Of a stretch of 64,000 nucleotides of DNA, positions 1 through 14,142 are shown one piece after another; within the stretch, counting starts at the first letter, position 1; each line of letters begins with the position of its first letter. The notes under the pieces were generated by a model, which worked only from the letters and a program-made list of their open reading frames with translations, was not told the DNA's origin and made no database searches. This stretch comes from Eledone cirrhosa (taxonomy: Eukaryota). The stretch covers positions 22,444,001-22,508,000 of the forward strand of contig OZ024743.1 of assembly GCA_964016885.1 (NCBI GenBank), in the 5' to 3' direction. A program made the position numbers and the translations under genes.

Positions 1-89
1 CCATTTTACCATTAATCCTCTTTTTCCCATCCTAGAAAGAAAAGGAAAAGCAAATATGCTTAGAAAAGCAACTGACAAAAATTAAGGGG

Positions 90-120
<31 letters not shown>

Positions 121-1394
121 GATGTTTTCAGGAAATGAAAATAGAAGGAAAAAAATATATGTAGGCAGATTAAAGAGGCGAAAATATAAACATTTGTAAT
201 AGAATGCACTTGGAATAATAACTTTGAGATAAAATATGAATTGTTCTGACTGTTGTTCCCCTTAAGCAGGGATTTGAACTTGGAATGATAGAGGCATCAA
301 ACTAGAAGATATAAATATTAATTACAGCCCACCATTTTACCATTTGAAGCTTAACTATGTTTGCTTCCTCCTTATTCACCATGTCTTCAAATGAAATATT
401 ACAAATGGCAGTTTGGCAAGTAATGGTGATAAGCTGTAATGTGAACTCATCCAATACAAGGTGTCATGGAAACTTGAACATAACAACAACAATGAAAACA
501 TCAACATGAACAACAATAGCAACAACAACAACAATAAAAACATTTTTATAACTATGAGGAAAGCTTATAATTTGTCTATGGGTACCAAAGACAGGTTCAA
601 GTTGATTAAACAAGGCTCTATGATTTTAACAACTCCAGATGGAGGAGGGGAAAAGTTGATCCCAACAGAATTTGAACTCCAAACATAGTAGCATGTGTAT
701 ATGTGTGTGTATATATATATATATACATACATACACTGACATGTACCATACATCCTCATAAGTTCATTTTAAGTAGGACAAGTTTCATATAATCATGTGT
801 GTGTATTTGAGTGTCTATATATATGTGTGTGTAAATATATATAATATATATACATATACCTATATACATGCAGAAATTCACCCAAACACATGTGCATGCA
901 TGCACACATTCACATATATATTATATCCTCAAGTCAGGATGTGGCTAATAACAATCATATGAGCAATAATGAATCAAATTAGTCAGAGATACTCATAGCC
1001 TGACAAGTCTCTTTATCATATATACAACTCAATGGACAGCATGCCTCTTGGCTGTTTCTAGCATGTGTATGTGTGTCTGCATGTATGTGTGTGTACATAT
1101 ATACATAAGGGTGTATGTGTATGTGTGTGTGTTTTGGAGAGTGTCTGTGTGTGTAGGTGTGTTGTCTTTGTGTAAATCATTTTATGCCCGTCTTTACATG
1201 TTGGCAGACTTTGTAGATTCACTAATTTTCAGAGATTTCCTGGCGTAATTGCAAAATAAATTCATAAATAATTGCAGTAGATGATTTATTTTTGTTGCTG
1301 AATATCATATATTATATATGCAAATACACGTACATACACACAATTATATATACACAAACTCACATATGCAATATCATCACCCTCTGTTGTCAAC

Positions 1395-1620
1395 CATCAT
1401 CATCATTTTCGATCCCATGAGGTTGAGCTCTCTTCCACATCTCTCAACACTACACTATCCCTCTCCTTTCATGATATACACTTATCAATCAACCTCTTTC
1501 CTATCAATGATCACCATGAAGCAACAATTGTCCCTCTACATCCCCAAACATCTTATTCTATTTTCCTCCTTCACACCCATATTCATACTTCCTCCAATTT
1601 TTGCATCCTGTTCCCCCACC
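1395..1620 (-). mobile_element. Decayed RTE-like LINE 3' end
   Basis: Purine-rich minus strand ending in aatgatgatgat with a degenerate RTE C-terminal pattern. Confidence 0.4.
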
Positions 1621-2247
1621 CACCTTCAAATTACAGACTTGTGCATTTTTACCTTGAAAACAGTGAAGGTATATATGAAGACCCTTGCAAGGCATACTCT
1701 GCAATATAAGCACCATGATAAAATGCACCCAGTGTAAGTTGGTTGGTAATCGAAGAAAAACAATGCAGCTTAGAGGGAGCACTTCAGACTTGTGAAATTA
1801 TGTTATACATTTAACAATATAGTTAGCAAGATTCAATATGTGTGGTAAAGTGATTAAGGAGTTTGCTTTGCAACCATTTAATGCTGTATTTCGTTCCACT
1901 ATGTGGCACCTTGAGAAAGTGTCCTACTATAGTTTCAAGTTGGCCCATTGTATGTGAGCGCACGCGTGCGTGCGTGTATATAATGTCCAATCCTTGCAAG
2001 CATGGAAAACAGATGTTAAATGATGAAGATGATGATATTCATGTGTCTTTTGTAATGCTTCTATGTGTATTATGCCTATGTCTGCATTTATGTCCCGTAG
2101 CATAATGGTTTGATGAAATAAGTACAAGACTTTAAAATACTAGGGTGGGTTGGTACCATCAACTATTCAAGGCATTGCTCCAACTTAGTCGCAATCTAAT
2201 GATGGAAACTAGTAAACCAATAAAAGAATAAAATAAAAGAATATATA

Positions 2248-2282
<35 letters not shown>

Positions 2283-2283
2283 C

Positions 2284-2321
<38 letters not shown>
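2248..2321. repeat. Compound (CATA)/(CA)/(TA) microsatellite
   Basis: Directly visible. Others include poly-A 90-118, (AAC)n 482-535, (TA)n 3375-3419, (TA)n 25255-25281 and TA/TG/CA 63430-63520. Confidence 0.95.
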
Positions 2322-2322
<1 letters not shown>

Positions 2323-2465
2323 CATGGGCGGAGGTGGTGAGAGCAGACCTCAGAAGCTCACGGAGGAGATGACGAAGGACTGTGGCAAGTGGAGAGCTGC
2401 TGTGCTGAATAGGACCCATCCCACCTTTGCAAGCAGGGAAAAGCGGACGTAAAATGATGATGATA
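2322..2465 (+). mobile_element. RTE LINE 3' end, same family as 4907-5421
   Basis: TWAEVVRADLR-encoding segment and tail ending atgatgatgat. Confidence 0.8.
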
Positions 2466-2879
2466 TGCACAAAAGAAAAGAGAAATGCTTGAGGTAAAAT
2501 ACCTGATAAGAAGAAACAATATATTATACAAGAGAGAAGATTGTAGTGTTATGGATAAGTGATAGATATGGATGCTACACAGTGGGTGAGGAAGTGTCAG
2601 AAATGTTAGGGGAAAGAACTTGCAATAGACAAAAACTGACTAAAATCAGAGCAGAGGCAGTTAAAGTTGATTTTAAAACATTGAACGACAGAGAATATGA
2701 TGAAGGAATGTTATAAGTAGATGGATTCTGTGATGCAAAGAACCCATCCAACCAATGCAAAACAGATGTAAAACTAATGGACAACAGTGAAAACCATACA
2801 GAAAAATCAACAAGGAAAAACAAACTCAATAGAATAATACAATACAATGATGGTACAATTGTTTAATGTTTGATATAAT

Positions 2880-3165
2880 TAGATATGGAAAGATCTCTTG
2901 TCTGTACTATTAGAAAGAGGCAATTGGAATTGTTTGGAAACATAAATAGAAGAGACAGTTTGGAGGAGCTGATTCTTTGTGGCAAGATCACTGGAAAGAT
3001 GAGACAAGAAAAACAAAGAAGAACATTTACAAACAGCCTGAACAAATATATCAATGAAAATAGGACGAGAAAGAGTGGCCTCATTCAGAACACTGACAAC
3101 AGGAAGGACTGAAGAGTCATGATTGCTGATGTCTCAAACAGATCTGGTCTCTAATGATGATGATA
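2880..3165 (+). mobile_element. RTE (BovB-like) LINE 3' fragment
   Basis: IRKRQLELFGNINRRDSLEELILCGKITGK motif, DNRKD*RVMIADV, and a (TGA)n tail. Confidence 0.8.
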
Positions 3166-3369
3166 ATTAGAAAAGAACGTTAATGTTTCAGGCACTAGTC
3201 CTTCATAATAAGATAGTAAAAGAGAGAAGAGAAAAGAGGAAGTGTGGGAGAGAGATAAAACAGAAGGTAGACAAGAATAAAAAAGAGAATGAAGAAAATG
3301 ATAGAGAGGAGAGAAAACAAGTTTTGGTATATTAGTCAGCCATCTTGAAGACGTGTGTGTGTATATATT

Positions 3370-3423
<54 letters not shown>

Positions 3424-4906
3424 AAAAGATTGTTTAGTCTTTTAGAATGCCTATCATTCTTTGTATATATATTGAGCTTTTTGTTGTTATTGTTTGGCTT
3501 TGTTATCTAGTTACAGTTTAACTATAGAGTTAAGAAGCCCCAAGCAGTCAGGTGATAAATATATGAAAAGGTAAGAACATCGATTTTTTTTTTTAACAGA
3601 AAGATGTATTGAAGAAAAATACATAAAAGCATTCCTACTTTAAAAGCCACTATCTTTAGGCATCAATATTTCAAGGTAAGTGGGAGATACACATAAAGAG
3701 CTTCTGAAATACTATGTGTGGTAATAATATAATCAACATATGCAGCAGTAACACCAGAAGCAGCTCCATCACTACAACTACCATCACAATGATTCTTTAT
3801 ATTATAATCCATATCAGGATTGTAATGGCTATCATCATATCCACAATGATGATGATGATGATAATAATCATCACCACTGTTACTATGACCACCATTAGTT
3901 TTCTTAGAACATTATGTTCTGTGAAAGCTTTTCCATCTAAATGAAAACCTACATTTCGTTGGATAACATTTTTGTCAAATAGTTGCATGATGTTAAGATC
4001 AACAACTAAAAGATTGCACCCTAATTCAAATCAATAACTATTACTGGTATTAACATTGGTTGGTAGAGTTTTTAGTAAATGACCTAGTTTTAGTAACAAC
4101 CTCTTGTAATGGGCCTCATTGAACAATGTTTTATGAAATAGATACACATTATAACCTCCCCTTCTTCCTTGCTATTTTCTCATGACTTGGAGGCTTTTAA
4201 CATTGATGTAATGATTTTCAAATTTGGTACATTGCCAAAAGTTATTAGGGGTTGGAATATAGCTGCGTAAATCAATCCACCTCCAGTACATTACTGGTAC
4301 TAGTTTTATTGCCCCCTCCCTTCCTCCCAAAATTACAAAATCATCTCTGACACTATTTGACTTCTCAGAGAGTGAGACTAAATATTAGAAGGCATTCACT
4401 TTGTTATAGTACTTGGCTATCAATCTACGAATCTATACAGAAAGAGTATAATGATGATTTCTAATTTAAGCACAAGGCCCATAATTAAAGGCAGGGGTGG
4501 AAAAGTCTATGTTAAACCTAGTGTCTGACTGGTACATTATGTTATCAACCACAGAGGAATGAAAAGCAAATCTGACCTCAGCAGGATTTGAATTCAGAAA
4601 GTACGGACTCAGAACAAATATTGTTAAGAATCTGATGCTCTAATGACACTGCCAATCCACCAATCTACAGGAAAATCATAATAAAAAAAATAATAATTTC
4701 CTACATTTAGCTACTTAGGACAATGACATACAATGCCATTCATGCATGCAATTACATAAAACATTAAACATAGGGTGGGGGTTACAGAAAACAAAGAAAA
4801 TGATAAGGTGTGTCAAGAACATTATACCAAAAAAAAAAAAAATTGTTACACATGAGTAAATAACTATGAAGAAAATACAATCAGCAAAACAAGATATTAT
4901 TTTAAA

Positions 4907-5421
4907 ATGTATATGCAAAGATATTTAGGACATTCAACATCACGTACAAAAGGAAGGCTGTATGACACCTCTGTCCAGTGCATAATGCTACATGGTAGCG
5001 AAACATGGGCTGTGACTGCAGAAGACATGCATAGACTGGAGAGAAATGAAGTAACTATGCTTCGTTGGATGTGCAATGTAAATGTGAGAGAAAGGCAGAG
5101 CTTGGATGAGCTGAAGGAGAAACTAGGTTTAAAAGGAATCCAAGATGGTGTGCAGGAAAGAAAACTGCATTGGCATGGACATGTGATGCACATGGACAAT
5201 GACGGATGGGTGAAGAAATGCCAGGAAATCCCAGTGGAAGGAAACTGCAAAAGAGGACAACAAAGAAAGACATGGGCAGAGGTTGTGAGAGCTGACGTTA
5301 AATCACTAAGACTGGAAGAGGAGATGACGAAGGAACGTGATAAATGGAGAGATGCTGTGCTGAGAAGGATCCGTCCAACCCATGCAAGCCTGGAAAAGCA
5401 GGCATAAAAACGATGATGATG
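4907..5421 (+). mobile_element. RTE-clade LINE 3' fragment (post-RT C-terminus and (GAT)n tail)
   Basis: ORF contains KGRLYDTSVQCIMLHGSETWA, LHWHGHVMHM, RGQQRKTWAEVVRAD and ERDKWR motifs; ends in gatgatgat. Confidence 0.9.
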
Positions 5422-5979
5422 ACTGCACTAGTCTAGACACCTACCAGCTTCCTTTTATTTATCTTTTAAGGGCAGAAAATGCCAGACCCCGACCTTTCTC
5501 TTTGTGAGACAAAGATAGAGTAGCTTTCTCCTAACCCATTTCTGAATATGTTCTTCAGGCAAAGAGTTAAAGTTCTTTTCAACACAATGATGCCACTGTG
5601 ACATTTTTGTCTGAATTCTACATATGTAATTGTTAAATGTTGGAAGCTATGCAAACAAAACTAACACATTCACTAGCCCCCTTAGCAATGTTTCTATCTG
5701 TGAGTGAGTGTTTATGTTATTGTTGGTGTTGTCACCTAGCATTTATTTTTTGCTACAAAGCACTTGTTTTAGTTTTCCTGCTTTGTATTTGCTGAAATAT
5801 TTGTCTTTTTGCCTTTTCAGTAAGTGCTGTTTTACTGTCTCAACAGTGTCCTTATAATTGTAGTTAAACAAGGTTTAAAAAGTCCATAAACAACAACACT
5901 AATAATAAAATAATTACAATAGCTATAACAATAATTATAACTAGAGATATAACAAAATTGGCGAATTTTTAAAAAGTTT

Positions 5980-6365
5980 GAATTTGAGTATGTTGAAATG
6001 TGGTATGACCATATACCTGAGCATGTCCTTGTAAATAACTATATAAAAGTACTATAGGATATAAGGATTCTAATGGAAAGCCAAATACAGTATTCACACC
6101 CAGAAATAGTCTGTTGCTTACCCATTTGATACAAGAGTGGTAGACACAGAATGTAAGAAAATATAAAAATATCAAAACCTAAAATATAAAATGCAGGGAA
6201 TTTGGAATTTCTGCAAAGTTGATATTATTCCCATCATAATAGGAGCCTTAGAGGCAGAAGCAAGAAGGTTTAAATGATTGCTTGAAATGTTGAATATAGA
6301 GACGAATTTCCTTATTCTACAGAAAGCTAGTTTGCCAGGCACAGCCAGAACCATAAGTAGAGGAT
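5980..6365 (+). mobile_element. Decayed R4/Dong-like (REL-endonuclease) non-LTR retrotransposon C-terminus
   Basis: Translates WYDHIPEHVLVN..IKVL*D, then KYKMQGIWNFCKVDIIPIIIGALE and LQKASLPGTARTISR, resembling WYEHxPExVLEN/PIVIGALG/QKxALLGTARILR; has stops and frameshifts. Confidence 0.75.
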
Positions 6366-7269
6366 GAGAAAGACCGAGTGACAAGGCTAAAGGTGATGAA
6401 GGAAATGAAAGCCAATTCTATTGATATTTAACATTATTTTAATAGGTGGAGAATTGGCAGCATAAGAGAAATATTTCTCATGGCATTTCTTTCTAATCTC
6501 TGACTTCAAACCCTGCTAATGTCAACTTTGCCTTTCATTCTTTTGGGATTGATAAAAGAAAGTACCTGTTCAAGATGGTATATTAACAGAACTGTTAAAG
6601 CATTTAACAATATACCTTGTTTTGGATAAGTTTCATTTTGAATGCTTGGGTGGTTTACTTAATTTCCCACTCAGTTTAATACCACAACTTGGTCGTTAGG
6701 TACCTTTAGTGAAGTTCATTCTGTTCCAAGCATTCCGGTGGGGTTTCCTTTTAAGGACAACCTCCCCTTTCCTCTCATCAGTCTTGGAAGCCTTGAATAA
6801 ATAATTGCTCTTGGGCATTGTCCTTTCCTCCCAAAATAGTAAAAATATATCTTAATCAAGTTTGATATCTCTCTCTTGCAACTGAAACTAACAGAATACA
6901 ACATTCTAACAGGAATTACAGTATATTTCCTTCATAGCTGTTTAACCTTTGCAGTGTAGCACATATTTCAAGAATGCTTTGAGATCTTATGAAAAGATAA
7001 GGAAGGCCGAGATATATGGAAAATTGTTGTATTGTAAGCCATACTTAACCTATACTTAACATGCTACAACAGGCATAAACTGATTAATTTTTTATATAAG
7101 TATGTATACTTTGAGTGTTGCACTAAAGCAATTCTGGGGTTATAACTCCTTCAAGATAACATGCAGAGAAAGCATGATGGAATGACAATGCATCATTCTA
7201 GCTACATAACTCAAAGCCAAATAAGCCCAGCTAGGTACATTACAATACTTTTATTGTTAAATCATAAAT

Positions 7270-7770
7270 TTCTCTCAGTAAGTTCAGAAATATATTCTAG
7301 AATAGAATAAATTTGTTCTTATGCCATAACTCTTGAACAAAGATATCAGATAAATGCACCTATCCAAATCAATATGGTGTTTGTCATAGTTAAGGCTGCA
7401 CCAATCAAATCTTCACTTTGCAAATGTTCTGGAAGCTAACAGCAAACAATCAACTGTTTTATGGACTTTGTGGCAGCCTTTGACTGTCAAACATAGCACA
7501 CTGAGTCATCATGATTGTAAATGAGCTTCAAGTGTAGCTACTAAACGTAATAAGAGCACACTACAGCATCTATACACAATCAAAGGTGCACTGAATATGC
7601 TAAGGAATCTGACCCATTCAAAATTCTCATGTTTGGCAGGGCTATGTTTTATTCCCAATGCTCTACAATTTTGTTATCTACTGGATTGCAGAGCATGAAC
7701 GAACTGAGGGGTTTCCTACGAGTTTCTGTATGGTGAGACTTCAGTGTCATTGATTTTGACTTTGCAATAA
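7270..7770 (+). mobile_element. Decayed LINE reverse-transcriptase fragment (RTE-like)
   Basis: GCTNQIFTL, CFMDFVAAFD, QGYVLFPMLYNFVIYWI and DFDFA motifs with frameshifts. Confidence 0.7.
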
Positions 7771-8399
7771 TTGGCAATCACTATAGAGATAGAGAGAGAA
7801 AAGGGGAAGTTGTCCTTAAAAGGAAACCTGGCCTGAATACTTGGAACAGAATGAATTCAGAGAGGGGAGGGGGCAGAGAGAGTGAAAGGAGAGTAAACAG
7901 AGAAGAGAGAGAATGGGGATAGAGACAAAGAGAAAGAGATTGTGTGTGTGTGTGTGTGTGAATATTGGAATATAAAGCTTGTCCTGCTAGCCACATAGTA
8001 ACAAAGTACTCCTAGCAATTTTCTTGAGGCAGTGTTTCTGGTAGCTCACTGAAATATATCCATAATTATTAGAAGAGCCACCCCCAACCCCACCCCCACA
8101 CTATCTATGTTGATAGTATCAACATTTAAAAGCAATCAGGAATCTCAATCAGATCAAAAACCTTCAAAAGTACTTTAATGCCATAATATAAGTGGGATGA
8201 TGAAAGAAGCATGTAATCAATGCAAAAAAATATTTCCATCATTTTCTTATCAGTTATCTAACATATTGCTACCTACATACACAAGATCAAAAGAGATTGA
8301 AATCTCAGAATGAGAACCTGCATTAGATCTAAGAATTGTAATGAGTAATCATACATCATATCATTATTTCATGCAGTTACTACTAAAGTTGTAACAATG

Positions 8400-8575
8400 T
8401 GAAGATGACTATATGGCAATATGGATCTTCAGAACATTTAGAAGAAATCTTTGTTCTGATACTTAGGAGAAAATCTTATGACAGAAGAACAATAATCTCC
8501 GATATACAGCTTGCTGATGATTATACACTTGTGGCAAGTACACTAGAAAACACTCAATATACTATGTTGTTCTAC
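8400..8575 (+). mobile_element. Decayed RTE RT fragment around the catalytic motif
   Basis: ISDIQLADDYTLVAST resembles the IRDLLFADDCALVA motif. Confidence 0.55.
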
Positions 8576-9980
8576 TTTTCCAGCCAAAGTTTGTAGGTCC
8601 TCTGAACTATCAGATGTTGCTGCTGCTGTAATACAATAGTGAACTGTCTAGAATTGCACTGTTTAAATGATGATGAAATACAAGCCAGTACACCGTTAGT
8701 AGCTAAAAACACTCCTCTCCATCACTAATTTGAGGTCTGTTACAAACAACATTACTGTTACATATTATAGCAAGCTATCAGCATATTGAATCAAATACAG
8801 CTAGATCTATGTTTCTGCTATATTCTATCTAAACCTATTATTCTTAATTATTGAAGGAAGCGGCACTAAATGGTTCTAAGTATTTGGAAAGCAATGCTTA
8901 TGCTACAAATTCAATTCAGTGTCAGGATCTGTTCATATAATTTATATGCTTTAATGCCCTTGAACAATCTGTCAAAAATCTCAGTTGCTTCCTGCAGCAA
9001 ATTGTTTAATGGTTCATTCACTGGTACCACTGATTATGAAAAGTTAAATAGAAAGTACAGACATTTGATTTGAATTAATTCCATTAAGGGAATTTTTTTA
9101 AATGTTAGCCTCACATACAATAACCCATTAGCAGCAAATACTTCATATATTTAAGAGGGCAGTAGGTTGGCAGCATCAGTAATCATCATCATCTCCATTT
9201 TTACTCCTGTTTTTCAATGCTTGCACGAGTAGGACAGGTTCTTGTCAGCCTAACATCTCTCTATTCACCACCTTCCTCCATCAATCCCTCCATTCGCCGT
9301 GTTCTGCTGCATTTAGTTTTGGCTTTCTACATTCTGAGTTCAAATCTCGACAAAGTTAATTTTTCTTTTTTTCCTTCCAGGGTCAATAAAATAAAGTACC
9401 AGTTAAATACTGATGTTGATATTATCAACTTTCCACTTCCCCAAATCACTGCCCTTGTGCCAATGTTAGAAAGAAGTGTTCATATATTTAATAAAATACT
9501 GACATCTTATACAGGCCACAAGCAGGATAATATTTGTATGAGTGGTGCATAATAATTGATTAATCTAGCCCTAAAATATTTCTGGTATTTGTTTGAGTAC
9601 TTCTAAATGGATTTAGAATTTAAACCAGATGTATCTGGCCAGAATTCTCGCACCTCTTTCTGTTCAAACTGGCCGTAATATCAAAATCTCAGATTCGGGA
9701 TAATGAAGTGAGATAAAGTGAAAATACAATAATAAATATAGAGTAATGTAAATGCTAAAGGGTGAAAGATAATGTGAAATCTTGAGCACTGGATATATAC
9801 ATACATGTAGGCTAAATAAAGTAATACTTTTAGAGTAATATCAACTGTCAACCATCTGCACTACATTCATCGAATATTACAATATAAAATTATTCCTCTG
9901 TAAATAAACATTATATTTTAACCATTTCCCTTTAGTTTTTCTTTTTTTATTTCTTTTGTAGCTATTTGACTACAAATAAG

Positions 9981-10313
9981 GGTAAAGAGTAAAAAACCCC
10001 TTTGACCATGGGATTTGAACCTAGAAAGTTCCCCTCCAAAGCACAAGTCCAGGCAAGGTTGTTTGTGGAAGACCAACAGTCACCCATGCATACCAGCCAC
10101 CCTTCTCCATGCCACTGATGTTGTCCAAAGGAAAAGCAAAGGCTGATGCAGCTTCGCACCAGTGATGTTGCAACTCATTTCTACAGCCAAGTGAACTGGA
10201 GCAACGTGAAATAAAGAGCTTTGCTCAAGAACACAACGCAAAGCCTGGTCTGAGAATCAAACTTACAACCCCATGATTGTAAGCCTGATGCTCTATTAAG
10301 CCAGGCGCCTTCA
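9981..10313 (-). mobile_element. tRNA-derived SINE (family B)
   Basis: tRNA-like head and GTGTTCTTGAGCAAAG core; near-TSD actacaaataag / actgcaaataag. Confidence 0.75.
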
Positions 10314-11215
10314 CTGCAAATAAGCCACAACAAATTTAACATAGGTGTTGATTAGTACTTCTACAGTACATGTCTAACTCAATAGCAGCAATCATTTGAA
10401 ATTATATGTCACTAAACAATTCCAAATACACTAAAATAAAATATTTACAATATTTGTTTGAAAACAGTAATGTCATGTTTGTTCAAGTCGCTTATTTTGA
10501 TGTTGCAAAGAGAGTATTTATTAACTAACATCTCAACATTGCTCTATAGAAATGAAATTGTAACTGATTATATTAATATAAAACACCAAGAAACTAACAA
10601 AATGTCATAGTAAAATGTAGTTAATCATCTTGTCAAAGTATTAAAATCCTAGCAAATAACTAGGAGCTTTATACAACAGTTAAATTGAGCCACTCATTTC
10701 TCATGCTTTCATTTCAGTTGGACAAAACAAGGCTTTGCAATATTCAAATTTGAGAATAAAATATTTATAATTTTGATATCTTTAAAACAAAATTTTATTG
10801 TATTTCTGAATTCTAGCATCTATTTTTGTTATATTTTACTGGTGTGTGTTTTATTACTATTATTACATTTATCAACTTATCAATTTATACCTTTGTATAC
10901 TAATTAGCTCTTTCTATTTCATTTCATTTTTGTAAAGAAATCTGCCAGAAAGATAATTTGGAATTGGCTAAATATCAAAACAAACTTTCTATATTTGGAT
11001 TGCCTATAGAGTAAACAAACATTTATCAATAAATATACCAAAGCAGAGAAAATACAAATTAAACAATGATTATGATGGTGATATCAAACTTGAATCAAAC
11101 ATAATAGTAAAAGAAATATGTAGTTTAACAGATTTTGGCTATTATGTTTATTTTTAGTTCAAATTTAAATGCAGTAGCATATTTTATCTATACTCATTGC
11201 AAAGTATACTCTTAG

Positions 11216-11460
11216 CCCTTTAGCATTTAAATTATATATACTATTGTATTTTTGTGGTAAAGGCTTTATCTTATATAATAATTATCTCACATATCAAATC
11301 TGCGAGATCTTAATGATAATGAAAATTATTGTGTACAGACCTCATGTTATTTATTTTGAGAACAATACCTTAATGTTAGTATGAGTGTTTAGACAGCCAG
11401 TTTGAACAGAAAGAGGTGAGAGAATTCTGGCCAGATATGGCCGGTTTAAATGCTAAAGGG
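11216..11460. mobile_element. piggyBac-type MITE
   Basis: TIRs CCCTTTAGCATTTAAA / TTTAAATGCTAAAGGG, flanked by TTAG and TTAA. Confidence 0.8.
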
Positions 11461-13973
11461 TTAAGACAACGTAATATTCATGAGTGTCATAGAGGAAAAG
11501 GAAAGCTCCTGGTCAAACAAATTAGATTTGACTCATGATGGAAGCCTTTATTTTTACTCTAGGTATACTGTTAATGTAAAAAAATGCCATCCAGCATTAT
11601 ATAAATATAGATTCTTACCAAAAAAATATATATATTTGAAGAGTCAAATCAATTTTTCTATTCATAGAAAATTAAATGGTATAAGTATTGGAAATATAGG
11701 GAGGTTGTTAAGTCTTTGATACAGCTGAAGAACACCCCCAACCCTTTATTTGGCAGTTTCTCTACAGCTGAATGCCCTTCCTATCACCAATTACTCTACA
11801 GAGTGCACTTATTGCATTTATCATTTAGATAGGAAACGATTCAGCTGTAGAAAAACAGCAAACAAAGGATAAGGAGGACTCTCCAGTGGTGTCAAAGGTT
11901 TGACCAGTTACTTAATGTTGGTGATAAAATCTAAGAATGCTGTCATGCCTTTGACATAACTGGAAGATCCTCCTGATTCTTTGTTTGCCAGGTTCTACTG
12001 CTCGATGCCTCAACTATTGCCAAAATTTCTGATAAAAAATAATGAAATAGATTGAATTTTGACAAGAGACAAAAGCCTCAATCTATTTTGTTGGTCTCCT
12101 GTAAGAGGGGCATATCTAATATTTATTTCCAGCATAGCTCATTAAGCCATGTCTGATAATGGCCTGCTATGTCAATATTTCTGAATATGTAACCTATAAT
12201 TCTATAACTCTGCAATTAATCTCTTCTAAATAATGGTGATTGATGGAAGTAAGTGAAACTTTAGAGGCTTTTTTTTTCTTTTTTGTCCGCAGCTGAGAGG
12301 CAGAATACATTATTATTGCTTCAGTTGCTAATGAGTTCTGCCATCATGTACAATGTTCTTTTAAAATGTATTTGCTCTATTTTACTAATCTTGAAAATCT
12401 CAACTTATATGGCATTTTTTTTCTTTTCTTATTCTAATGGAGCTCTTCCATTATTAATCAAATTCATTTGTTATTTTCAATGTAATAAAAATGCTCCTTC
12501 TAGGATATGTCCACGTGTTATGAAACAAGTATGCAAATGATCTTGAACTGAGTGTTAATAACATATATTTGTTTGAATTGAGATATAGGTTATAGGCTTA
12601 AAACACTTCATTCATACAATGGAACTTTACATATTTATTTTCAAGATAACCATACATTTTTCAGTAGCTATGATACATGCATAAACTTAGAAATTTTCAG
12701 ACAGACCTGTATTTATTTTTGACATTAAGGAAAATTTTCATTTCATAAACTTTTACTTTAATACACAGACCATTAATACAATACTGACTATTAATTAGAT
12801 GCCAATTCACATGACACCTTCAGTTTTACATATATTTCTGAAATTTATCATTGTTATTATTTGAAAATAAGAAAAATATATCCACATTAAAAATGAACTA
12901 GTGATATTTGTAATTTCCTAAAATGATTTAATATACAACCAAAATCTTGACTTGTAAATTTATAATTGGATTTGAAAAATTTCATGTTTTTATTTTCAAC
13001 TTTATATCTGATTGAAAACAACATAGTTGAGAATGATTTAGAATAACTGGTATTTACAATCTTGCTGGAAAGATAATTAATAGGAACTATTAATCCTAAT
13101 TATTCTATAGATTAAGTAGCTAAAGATTGGTTCTTTTTTAAGAAAGCCAAAACTGGAATGATTTCCCAGGAATATTTCCAGGTCCAGGGAAGAATGTGAA
13201 CTCAGCACTCAGAAGTTGACATAACACAATTTAATTGTGTAATTAAAGAGACAAGAGTGGCAGAGAAAAACTGGTGTGTGTCAGTATTTAATTCCATTTT
13301 ACTATACCTTCATAATTTGAATCCCCCAAATTCAATAAAATAAGTACAAGTCATTGTATCCTCTTTTGCACAGCGCTGTGCAAAAGATAGAAATCCATTG
13401 AATGGTGTTCCAAATCTGCATAACAATGACCTGTACTTGCTAATGCTATAGAAAAGGATTGAGAAGACTCTTTAGTTGTCAAGGGCATGATAAATTCCCT
13501 AGTGCTTGTGAAATGATAAAACAATCTTAGTACATGCTGTGAAGTGGTTCGTGATAGAAAGGCCATAAAAACATAGGAAACTTGCAAAACAAAGTGTGAG
13601 AAATTTTCAATTGAGTCGGAAACATGATGATTTTCCTAATGTTGGTGCCATGAAAATGAATTGAAGACACACTGTATAAAGTGAGATTGCAGGAACATAT
13701 GTGAGATATACACCGGCAGCCCAACTGAGACGTCAGTAGCTACTATTGAGTACTGACTTGGTATATGGTGACCCATCCAATCCTTGCTAGCATGGAAAAT
13801 AGATGTTAAATGATTATGATGATGATATATAGTTGTCAGGTATTCAGATAGCATGGTTTAATTGTGGCGGCAATGATGGGATATGAAAAAAACAACTACA
13901 GTACATAGCCACATTATTGACTTCCACGCCTGGCTTCAATGGTACACTTGGAAAATATAAACAAAAAAAAAAC

Positions 13974-14004
<31 letters not shown>

Positions 14005-14142
14005 CAAATATATTTGAAGCAATGTTATTTTGTATACTGGCTGGTCAATTATATAAAAGACAATTGTAAATGTACATGAGAGAGCGGTATGAAATATAAG
14101 CTAAGTGAAATGTCTAAACTAGTATAATTTTTACAAGCTTAC

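Noticed and set aside
461-2470. Short ORFs rich in N, CV, YI or HT runs
   Set aside because: They are translations of microsatellites and decayed repeats.
3900-3945. LDGKAFTE on the minus strand as a GAF-B exon
   Set aside because: No preceding NK motif or following E-x-F-x-x-F-C-G; runs into a simple repeat.
8911-9029. Minus-strand acceptor plus 38-codon open frame (VPVNEPLNNLLQEATEIFDRLF...)
   Set aside because: Phase incompatible with the phase-0 PDE exons, no recognisable homology and no donor.
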